Assembly: GCA_905178155.1 (NCBI GenBank)
Contig: CAJINV010000002.1
Span: 4,277,651 to 4,341,650 of the forward strand
Direction: 5' to 3'
DNA: 64,000 nt
From: Amoebophrya sp. A120
Lineage: Eukaryota > Protista > Dinoflagellata
Shown here: one piece after another, positions 47,650-58,614 of the stretch
How the letters are laid out: every line of letters starts with the position of its first letter
Numbering within the stretch: the stretch's first letter is position 1
Program-made: the position numbers and the translations under genes
Notes under the pieces: generated by a model
What the model was told of the DNA's origin: nothing
What the model saw: only the letters and a program-made list of their open reading frames with translations
Databases searched by the model: none

Positions 47650-50600
47650 GAGGACCCAAGACCAGCATCCTGTGTAGCAGAGGAGCAAAAATGGCCAAGC
47701 TCTTGCACCTCCTGCATTCAACAAGAATCCTCGACTGCTTGCCAAGGGATTTGAATGTTTGATGCAAGAAGTCGTTTTATATTTATTCTTCACACTTTAA
47801 CTTTTGATCTTCTACTCGTGGTCGTGCAATGTCTGAAGATCCTGAAGATTTTTGCAGAGCGACTCGTGTGCAGCAGAGCCGCGTGCCTGTGCAGAGCTGA
47901 AAAAGAAACAGAAAGAGAAAGGTCCTGCTCTTGGCGTATGAATCATATACCACGATGCAGAAAATGGCGCAAGCTACTACTTTTAAAAATCGATATATAC
48001 AATCTACCCCAGCATCTTCTTATGTATGATCTAGTCGGTTCAAAAATGTTGAGGATGATATATGATTTACATTTACCAACGGAACTACTTAAGCTCGACA
48101 TGGATTTTTTTAAGTCTGAGAATAAAGTTGTATGTTCCTCTGCCAGAGTCGATTTCGCACTGTTTTCACGGCGCCTGAAACTGATCTGGCAGGGAGGCCA
48201 TTTATTGTTTTCTTTTTCATCTGCATCCGCAATTTTTTTGGTCATAGAAGTATATTTTTTACTTGTTAGCGACGGTTTTTTATTTAGCGTATATTTTTTT
48301 TTGAAGTAGAGCATCATATTGTGGAAAGGCATAGAAATTAACATGAAGCTGTAGTTAGATCTCAACATATGGGCACCGCAACGAGAACTACAATGGCAAC
48401 ATCTACTATCCCGAATAAATACTTGTGTACTACTAGGTGGAAACGGATTGCCCGGGGGCTATTTCGAGGTCGCGTTGCTTCAAAACCCCCGGCAAAGATT
48501 TTCTGGGAAAGTCGCAAGAATTGTCGGAAGTTGTTGATTTTGCTCGTAGTTTTTTTTTAGTTTTACCCGATCGGCGCTATCACGTTATTGACCGTTTTTG
48601 CTTTTGGATTGATGTTGTTGTAACCGCTGCATTATGCCTTCAATAAGCAAGTAAATGTACTAAAGCATTAAAGCGACCCTGCTCCAACTAAGTGACCACC
48701 GCCCTAGCAGAAGTTGACTAGTGGTGGAGTCCCTCTTTTTTTTTCTCAAAAAATTCGGCGCCAGCAATTTCAGTAATGTGACCATCGGCCGCCCGGGGTA
48801 GCACACCCCCTCTGCCGGCACATGCTGACAATTTTTCGCTCCAAGTGGCGAAGCGTAGTTACATCGGCGCAAGAAAATAATTTTTGCCGCAGAAGGAAGA
48901 GACGAAGGAAAAGCAAAGCCATCTGGTGCCCCACGCGCTAGTAGTACGAGGAAAACTAGTGCAAGAATGCTTTATCTGTTGTAAGAAGTGACAAGAAAGG
49001 GTATTAAGGTAGCAGCACAAATCACAATCCGACTATCCTCCTGTGTACCTGAAAGCAAGATGACAATGATGAATTATGTCGAGCAGTCCGCAAGAATCTT
49101 TGGTGACAATGAATGTTGAAGATAGATTGCAGCTGCGTGCTACTACATCAACATTACGTCTTCGATTCGGAAAACGAAAAAACGTATGATCATCATCGTC
49201 GCACAAATAAAAAATACAGGCACTGACAGAAACGCGAAATAAAGAGCAACAAACAAATTCTGTTGACACCAGAATCAACACGAAATACGTACACAAAGAA
49301 ATAGTTGTCGATACACAAATTTTACCAGTTATTTCCCTTTCCGTCAAGAGAAGAAGCACGGAGTCGCGTGGTAAGTACAGAAATATATTAAAATGCACGA
49401 CGGCCAAGATATTCTGAAGTTCGTTGACATTATTTTCAAGCTTTTTTCAGTGCAAAAACAAATGATTCTGAGATAGATATACCTGAAGAAGAAAAACCGA
49501 GCAGTTTTTGTTTGCACCTCGAAAGCGAACCGTTTAGCTATTCTTGGGGTAAGAAGATAGAATGCGAAGATCACATCATGGCGTATATAGTTAATTACCG
49601 GAAAAATAGGTTCTACTGTCCTAGTATAATTTGTTGTTGCACCATCAAATAAGGGCGGAACATTAAAGCTGATGTGAAGGCTGCAGAAAAGAAGATTAAC
49701 AAGAAATCAAGTTTACTACCTGATGTCTGGATGGTTCATAGATCGACAAAAACTATTACTATCAGCAATAGTGAGCTTCAGCTTCAAAATATTACCAGAC
49801 TGAAGTATTGCTATTGTCAGCCGCCCAAATTATAAGGTATTACTATTATTTGTACAACTAGCTTTCTTGGTTATGATTTTCGCCCTGTCCTCATGTTGGT
49901 TTATTTGCTTGTGGTTTTGCACGATCGACCCCCGCCCGCAGTCCCGGGGATGGGCAACGAAACATGCAAACAAGTATAGGTGAAGGTGAAGCTTTTTTTC
50001 GTTCACCACCTACAGCTACAACTGGATGAAGTCGTGGCCAGAATAATAAAAATCTTCGTTTTAGCTGGTGTCACGCTCAAAGCAGGCTCGTCTCGGTAGG
50101 TGACGGCAACAGAAGAACCGATTCATATGCAGCTCTCTTCGCTGTAGATGGTGGTGAAGATGAGCTTTGAGCTGCTTGTGTGTAGTAGTTCTACCACCTT
50201 TTCGACGAGCAGGTCTTTGATGTGTAGTTCTACCTTTTCGACGAGCAGGAGAGGAAAAAGTAGGTGACACTTATAACCAGAAGAGTTCAATGGAATCCTA
50301 TGATTATCCTGTGGAAGAGATCAATGGAATTGAACAAGGTTCAGTTGGTTTTTGCTTCGATGATCATTCTCATTGAAGTTTGGCTTGCAGCACTTCTACA
50401 AGAACGTCTGTTAGTACTGGTGGTTTTATTTCCTTTACTTTTCGACAACTTCTTCGTGCCAATTTCCAGAATAGATTCATACAGTAGGTGCAGTTCTAAC
50501 CATGTGTGTCAGTGTCGAAGTAGTAGTCATGTTCTTTGAGCAGTACTAGCTTCGTTATCGTTTTTCTTTTTACATTTCTTGCTGGTAAGGAATTTGAAAT

Positions 50601-50652
50601 TGAAATTCCAAAATTGAAATTGTAAATCGACACCACCTGCTGCTCCCCGAGG

Positions 50653-53600
50653 ATGTCTATCTCTTCGACCATGCGCGGGCGAGCAATGGCTGTGACAGGA
50701 GCTGCTGCCCTCAAGAAACTCCCGACAAACTCCACGCTGGGTAGTAGTTGTAGTTCTTCTCTTCTTTACTTCCATCGCTTGCTGATGAGCCTTTTCCTCC
50801 TTCTTGGCACCACCAGCATCTTCCACAAAGCAGGAGAAGTAGACGCCGCGCTTTTCCGCCTCCGCCAGGTGAACCGGGAGGCGGCAGAGCTGTTCAAATC
50901 CAATGACGAGCAGTGCACTTTTTACCACAAGAACCATTTATTTGATGGCAGTCGTCTTCACAACATCAAGCAAAGACAACAGGTACACAGTTCTTGTCAA
51001 GTGCACAACGACCAAGATGACGCGATCGACGGTTTTGGCGGGTTGCGGGAGATGGTGGCGGCATTGCATCTGAGGGATGAGGTATCCAAAAAAAAAAAAC
51101 TGTGTAAGTGTAAATTTGTGTTGCAGAACATGCAACAGAGTTACACCTGTCATGCCAGAGAGCCATGAAGTCCTCTTGTTCATGTGTGTTTTCCCTTACA
51201 AGCTACGCGTGACAGGTTTTCTCTGTCATGTAGAGCAAATTTGGGGTGCTATTTCTCAAAGAAAGTTACACTTACACAGTCTTTTTCTTGCATATGAGGC
51301 GGCGGAAGAGGTGGAAGCGAAAAGTTCTGGCTCTTGTGGCGCACCGCCAGCATCTTCACATCAGAGTTGTTCTTTTTTCCCGTTAGTGGGAGCCGCGCAT
51401 GATGCTCATCTTGAGTCCTCGTCGCACGTGGAAGAACTACAAGCGGGTGGAGTAGAAGTTCCTGATGCTGAGCGATCAGCTCAAGAAGTGGTGAAAGACG
51501 AGTTGCACTGCCATTCTTCTCCCAGAAGCTGCGCCGGCGGCGCGTTGATATCATCTTCATCTTCGTCCCCCTGTGCAACTGGTTTTAGAAGTGGTGGCAC
51601 CACTCGTCATCTGTGGTCCTCCATGTCATTGTCATCCTCCCCCGTTGCCAGAGCCCAAAGCGGAAGCGGCCACGACTGCTCCTACAAACCCGGGTCCTGT
51701 GGTCTTTGCGCGTTGAGGAAATACACAGAAGAATTGCGGACGAGCAGGAAAAATAAGAAACAGCAACTCGACCAGAACTGGTGCTCCTGGGGTGGTACTT
51801 CCGCCACTACTGGGATTGACAAAGAGAAAGATGCTGATGAGACGAGACTGAAGCAAAGGCGTCACGCTCCACATGTTGCACACTTTGTAGGAGCGGCCTG
51901 CGCGGATGACGATGAAGATGTATTCTCGCAGCAACATCACAGGAAGCCTGGTGCAGCGGCAGCTCCACCAGTATCCGGCGCTCCCCTGGTTCCTTTCTTC
52001 TGCTACCTCGTGCAGAACAAGAAATACCTGCAGAACTACTCCCCGCAACGGATTTTTATCGACAGAAAAAGACCTAAGTATCCTGATCCATTTTGCTTAT
52101 TTTGCATGACAAACACAGTCGTTCACGCATGCACTGCATGACAAATTTGATGGGGATCATGATGATGATCGTGGCTCTTTTTTTTGTGGATAATTTTGCA
52201 GACCTTCCTCCACGGCCTCCGCCCGTTAGAAGAACAGTACGAGTATTACCAAATGCCGGCAGAGCCGCAATTCCCGGCCGAAGATTTGTCCCGAGGGAGA
52301 GGCAGGGCGATAGCTGCAGCAACGGGTGGTGGTGGAACAAGAAGTCGCGCCGCTGGTACAACTATGGCGCAGCGCATTTTCACGCCGTGGGCGGCGGGAG
52401 GGGTGACCGGGCACGCGCCTTACCATGGTGGGGTGAACAATGGGCAACAGGGGCGCGGAGGATATCAGAACACGGGTGAAATAGAGCATCACATATGCAT
52501 TGATATGTGTCTGGGTCTGGAAAGAACTTTTGATGTGGCTTGGACAATCATGCGGAGGCATCAGTTTCTTGCCGCCAAGCATGACAAGTTTTTGAGGTCG
52601 TCCTCGTTGTTTGTTACCCACGACTCTGGATGTAAAATGCGATGTTTGCGCCTGACAAAAAAGTGGGGTGCTTGGGTAATAACCACGCGCAGGACAGAGG
52701 ACTTGAGAGTTGTCATGCCAGACAAGCATGACAAACTTGCATTCTTGTTCCAGACCCAGACACATTTGCACTGGATATCACACGGTGAATAACAACTCTA
52801 TGCTCCAGCAAATCATCTTCAACCCCGTCCTCTACTGGGTTATATCAAATGCAAATATGTCTGGAGACTTGTGATGCTGTTTGGCGCATCTTCATGTGGA
52901 CGCCTTCATTGACGGCCAAGCATGACAAGTTTTGGAGTTGCTACTGCATGACAAACTGCGTTTCTGCATGACAGGGGGTTCGTCTCAATGAAATGAAATG
53001 AAATGGCAGAGAAGTGCGGCTTTTGGGTGGCGTGCATGACAGACTTGAGAGCCATGCTAGCCGTGCATGACAGACCTTGCACTCTTCCAGATCCAGACCC
53101 AGACATATTTGCATTTGATAGGTTACCAGACACAGCAACTACAGCGCGGGTAGACGGGGGAGGGAGCAGGGGAGGAACGGACAGGTGGCTCCTACTTGGA
53201 CGGGTGCAGGATTGAATACGGCGAATGGAGGTGCTGGTAGTACTAGAAGTAGAGGAGGCACGACAGCGAATGGAGGTCCGCGAACAAACGGGACGTCCAC
53301 GTCGCACAACAGCCGCATAATTGCGAATAACGTGCGTAGTCACGCCGTGAGGACGACGACCGGGTTTTTGTCGCCGAGAGGAAGTAGACAGGTTTCGTCC
53401 CCGCAGGGGCGATCCTCGTCCACCCAAGAAGTCGTCAGGCCGATTGACGCACTGGACACTACATTGTACTGGCAGGACGTGTGGCACTGGTTACATTCGC
53501 TCCCGAAGTGCAGTTCAACAAGAACATCTTGTGGTGGACGACGAATATTGAATCATGCAGGAGCAGCTCCTGCTGCTCCAGCAGCATCTTCGCACGGGCG

Positions 53601-56600
53601 GTCGCCTAACAGCGACGGCCTGGAAGATTCTTCAGTGGACGACGACATTCGAGGCTTCCATGTCGCAAGAAGTCGGCCGGATGAGCAACTTGTCGGGGAA
53701 GATTTCCACGGAGCAGACGCGGCCGGGCCTGGGTCCTCGGGGCCAGCTGGTCATCGCGACCTAAGGTCCTCGTCAGGAAGTGGAGGTCCTCGCGAGCAGG
53801 ACCATATTACGACGACCGGGAGCGGTTCAACTGGTTCATCTTCTTCGTCCTCCGCGACGCATCAGCCTGCAGGTGGAAGTAGAACATCAACAGCAGCATC
53901 TTCAGGTGGGACAGCATCAACCAATCGAGGATACTACACAGGAACGCCAGAAGTAGATGAGGACAACTCCACCTTCGCCGCAACATCCGCAAGCCGTCCA
54001 GCAACTCGTCGCACCGCGCACGGTAGCGGCCGCAGACGGACTTCCGGACGTCGACCAGGGACGTCTTCTAGGACTTCGCGGCCGTCAAACTCCAGGTGGT
54101 CATCCGCTGGTGCATCCTCGAGCAGTAGTGCGACTGAAACAAGATTAAGAAGGAACTACCCCCGCCAACAAGAAAGCGCAGCAAGCACGTCGGGTCGCGC
54201 AGCTCGTCCTGCCAGTACTCCTATGATGTCTTTCCCACGCGGCGCAAACATGCTTGCAGCGGTGACAAGCAATATCCAGAGAAAAAAAGACCCATGATCT
54301 ACTTCCCCGTCCAATTTGTCATGGGAAAGAACCATCATGCAATGTAGCAGCTGTGTGTCATGCAAGATGAAACGGATGGGGCTGAAGATCCTGATAGGTC
54401 TGTTTCTGTGGATAAGCAACACGATGGATCGCCAGGCTCCTTCGCAACACGATCAGCAGGGTCTTCGTCGTCCAGATCCCCATCTGCAAATCGCTCTCGC
54501 ACCCATACCGCGCAACATGACGCCGATCAACCTTGCAGCAAATGATGTCTCTCCGACTGATATTCTCGGTGCAGCATCCAGGAGTAGTGACATTTTGAAC
54601 GTGTCTTTAGGTCCGCATCCGGTCGTGGTGAGATTGGCGAACCAAACGACAAGTAGAGGAGGAGTACACACTACGACTACGCCTGGCGGTAATCATCATG
54701 ATGCTCCTTGTTCTTATGGGGCAGCAGCTGCTGCAGCTTCTGGCTCTGCATCGTCGGGGACGAGTAGTGGTACCAGCGGGGTTTTGGCGTTTGTAGCACC
54801 TGGAGCAGCAAGCTCGTCTTCGGCGCGACCTTCAACATCTTCTTCCGGAATCACACAAGAACTAGAACAACAGCTCGCGCAAGACCAAGGCCAAGCACCA
54901 AATTATACTGAGGAACAAATGGATTTGGATATGGAGTCACCTCTACACGTGGACCCGAGAACATCTTGTTCGCTGGTGGGCGACGACGAAACCACCAACA
55001 GCCCGCCGCAAGAAGAAGATGAACCAGTGGCACAGGGACCGAAACTTCGCGCGACGGGCTGGCGCCGCGTTGACTACTACAATGACCGCCGGTTCTACAA
55101 CCACGAAGCCGTTTACGTCGGCCCGCCGGCGCACAAAAACAACGCCTGTTTCGCGAATTATGAATCTGTCAGGATTGAAATCGTCAAAGTTGAAATGGTT
55201 TGCCATGCATAAAATGCAAGGCATGAAGTGCCTGTCTTGCCGGGATGGCAAGTGAGGCAGATTGTAAGCCTATTTAGGGTTTGGGATAGAGCTGCTAAAG
55301 GAGCATGACAAAAACACTCTTCTGTGCCCAAACAGCATGACAAATTGGATTTCGGTGCTCCGAAAATTTGTCACGCGCCGCTTGGAAAGTGGTCTTCCAA
55401 CTGGTATCCATTTTATGCATGACAAATTCTTTCAACTTTGTCGATTTCAAACCTGGCGCTTCCATACGAACGCGGTGCGGCTGCTGATCAACGAGAATAC
55501 CTTTGACAACATCGGTATGCATTGCAAAAGTATCGTACTCGTACCAATTGCACCACAGCATGACTGATCTTGTTTCTTAGCTAACTCGTCAGCATTGCAA
55601 ATTTCGTTCTTCCTACTTCTTCTTTTGCAATGCATAATAGGAACGGACTGGGAGAAAGAGAAAGTGGAAGTGTATGCGCAGATGATCATTGTCGAAGAAG
55701 AAACTGAGCTGCATCAGGACGATATTGCCATGGGGGAAGATGAAGATGATGAAGACGCGGCAGATCACTCGAACTCGTCGCCCAATTCTGGTCGTGGCGG
55801 TGGCCCGGAGCTCGTATCCATCCTTACACTGGCGGACGCGAAAAAGAAACAGCACGACAAACTGCGAAAGATGGGAAGCAGCAGCAGCAGGAGCAAGAAG
55901 GTTTTTAGTAGTGGTGCAGCATCGTCTTCGTCGTGGTCCGGGGCGTTTACTGCTGTTTCTTCCGCATCTGCATCCTCCGTGAAGGTGAAAACCATACCCA
56001 AAGCGTATTTTCTGGTTTTCCTGCGAGATTTCGTTCCGAGTGTGGAGGACGTTGAGTTGCAAGTCGGCACTCCTGCAGCAGGCGGGGCAGCCGCAGCGGC
56101 TCCTGCTGCAACGGTGATGGGCGGTTTGGATGCGATTGAGAATGAGAATCACAATCAGAATCAGGGTCAACAGGAAAGAGGTGGAGCGAGGAACGCGATT
56201 GGTCCGGCAGATTTTGAAGACACGGACACGCGGCTGAGCACTGTTGGGCGTCAGGCCCTGGAAGAGCACTACCTGCACGGAATCAACCAGGAGAGACACT
56301 TGTTGCAGTGGCAGGACGGGACTGGGACAAATCCAGCCCAGGTTGCAGGGGCAGGAGGAACACGACGACCAAGACCACCACAGGTCGCGGTTACGGAAGA
56401 TGCAGGAGATGGCGCGGCTGCGCAAGAACTGGAGCCAACACAACAACTGGCACCACGACGTCCGACGACCCCACTGCAGCGGCAGATCTCCATCGACGGC
56501 GATCAGCATCCAGCGGCCCAAGAGGCGCTGCGAGCGGAGCAAGAGAATAATATCAACGCAGAACTACAAGGTGGACAACCAGGACGACCACGCGGAGCTG

Positions 56601-57150
56601 CTCCACGACCAACGCAGGCAGAACAACGAAGAACCCGGGAGCCGCAGCAACAAATCCTGGAGCCCTACTACTTCTCGGCGCTGGCGCTGTATGATGCAAA
56701 CTTGAAATACCCGCTGTAAATTTCCCGTACACGACGTACAAATGCAGTCTCTGCATGACAAAACTTGCATTCAGTCCTAGTCTAGCATGACAAGTTGGAC
56801 TCTGCAAGGTAGCGAAATTTGTCATGCATTTTGTACATGTGCGGGAAATTTACATTGCATACGAAAAACGGGAGACAGATGAGCACGCGACGCAGCCCGA
56901 AGGCGTTGAGCTACCAAACCATGAGCGTGGTATGCATTGCAAAAGTATCCTACTCGTAGTAATTGCAGTCATGCATTACAAGTGTAATATTTCATAAGGT
57001 AAATCCGCATTACAAATTCAATTTGTTATGCTAAGGAAATTTGTAATGCAATTCATGCTAGTACGATACTTTTGCAATTCATGCGTGGCGAAGAGCGACA
57101 ATTTCTTGCGGCAGGAATTTTCCTACCAAGAGTTGCAGGATTTGCTCTGA
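50653..57150 (+). CDS. Hypothetical protein (~1554 aa) with an N-terminal hydrophobic segment; 9 TIR elements
   Basis: Removing 9 elements plus one DR each gives 4665 nt, stop-free to TGA 57148-57150. No family recognised. Confidence 0.75.
51083..51294. mobile_element. TIR introner-like element (GTGTAAGTGTAA family, reversed relative to 30365)
   Basis: TIR plus DR TGAGG. Confidence 0.93.
52057..52192. mobile_element. TIR introner-like element (AGAAAAAGACC family)
   Basis: TATCGACAGAAAAAGA...TCTTTTTTTTGTGGATA, DR ATTTT; restores QRI-L-QTF. Confidence 0.88.
52494..52777. mobile_element. TIR introner-like element (TGTCTGGGTCTGGAA family)
   Basis: TIR plus DR TCACA. Confidence 0.92.
52843..53120. 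mobile_element. TIR introner-like element (TGTCTGGGTCTGGAA family)
   Basis: TATCAAATGCAAATATGTCTGG TIR, DR GGTTA. Confidence 0.93.
54273..54414. mobile_element. TIR introner-like element (AGAAAAAGACC family, reversed relative to 52057)
   Basis: TATCCAGAGAAA...TTTCTGTGGATA, DR AGCAA. Confidence 0.88.
55159..55466. mobile_element. TIR introner-like element (TTGAAATCGACAAAGTTGAAA family, reversed)
   Basis: TIR plus DR CGAAT/CGAAC. Confidence 0.92.
55516..55636. mobile_element. TIR introner-like element (TGCAAAAGTATC family, internally deleted)
   Basis: TATGCATTGCAAAAG...CTTTTGCAATGCATA, DR ATCGG/ATAGG. Confidence 0.9.
56708..56861. mobile_element. TIR introner-like element (AAATTTCCCGTAC family, reversed)
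   Basis: TACCCGCTGTAAATTTCCCG...CGGGAAATTTACATTGCATA, DR TGAAA/CGAAA. Confidence 0.88.
56931..57083. mobile_element. TIR introner-like element (TGCAAAAGTATC family)
   Basis: DR CGTGG; right end reads CATG instead of CATA. Confidence 0.9.
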
Positions 57151-58614
57151 ACAGTTACGTATACTGGCGACCACACTGGGGGACAAGCGTGGTCTTCTTT
57201 TTTGATCAACACAGTCGTGAGCGCTGTGCAATTGGACTAATTTTTCCTGTCATAGTATTTCTTCGATTTTTAAGTATTGTTGCACTCAAAAAACAAAGAT
57301 GTATGACTACCTCATCTCAACATGTGGCTCTCTTGATTTCAGCTTCTCCGAAAAAGCTTTTCTTTTTGAAGATACGAAAGTTAAATAATATACACCGGTA
57401 CTGCTGGTCGTTGAAAAAAATGGATGACACGACAATTTTGCAGAAATCATCGAAAACGCTGGTGCTTCACGCTTAGGCCAACCTCCTGTGAAAAGTAAAA
57501 AATGAATATGCACAAGCACGTGCACGGACTCATTTCCTATAATGTGTTTTGAAGTTTTATCGCATCGATATATTAAATTTTTGCTCCATTATGAGGCAGG
57601 CAGGTGCGATTCTTGGTACCCGACTTGACCCTGAATCAGATTGCAAAATTCCAATACTCTTCTAATTACAAGCTCTTGAGAATACAACTGTCAGGGTGAG
57701 CTTCGGATTTGTATTTGACGGTAAAATTACTCATCCAGCTAAATCATGCATGATTGATTTCGTTTGCGAATTCGATTTTGAAGCGGACTAGTTTTATTTT
57801 GGGTGATGAAGATCGGCCAACGTCAGGGTCGCCACCAGTATTTGAGAGTTCATCTTGTAATGTGCAACATCTACTCGTCTTCAGTTGAGCGATTTATTAT
57901 CGGTGTCGCAGTCCCACCGTCGCTCGGTCAAATTCACTTTTTCCTTCGGTAATTGATATTTGTTTTGCTAGCTACATGATCGACTCTAGGTTTTTTTCTG
58001 CACTAGAAAGAAAGATCGAGCGTGGTCGGTCGTGTTGAAGAACGAGAAAAAAAAATCATTCGGTCCTCTTTTGTTCATTGTAAGTAAGCTCGTGGTCGTG
58101 TTTTGGAAGTTCCAGTAGTGAAGAAGAGGAACAAGGTCGGCCTGGAATTTCTAGTTCTAGTACATCCACAGAAGATGTAACTGCCTTTGCTTTTAACATC
58201 TTTACAGGTCACTTACCACGCATATAATTAACACACTAACCACTACTAGAAGTAACCGGCAAGACGCGACGGATGTGCGAAGTGAGTCCTCTGAGTATGT
58301 GAGTAGATGCTACAGCTTTCTTGACAAGACACAACAACTCCGACCTCCTCGTTACTTCTTGAATACGAAAGCGATGAAACTAAAGTAAACTACATAAACC
58401 ACCGCTTCAGCTGCTCTTCGACAATGTCAATGGCAAGTCTCGCAGCTGATGAAGTAGTAGAATCTATGAACAACAACCTAGAGTCGCGTTTTTTTTCTGG
58501 TGGAAATCGGGGAGGTAGGTAGTCTTCGGGGCGGGGGACCAGAGAATACAACTTTAATAGCTTTAGGTTTACGTTTAACAAGGGACACAGGACACAAGCA
58601 TCTTCAAATACAAA

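Noticed and set aside
50179-50249. Short imperfect tandem duplication (similar ones at 19860-19898 and ~14257-14325)
   Set aside because: Ordinary local duplications without further structure.
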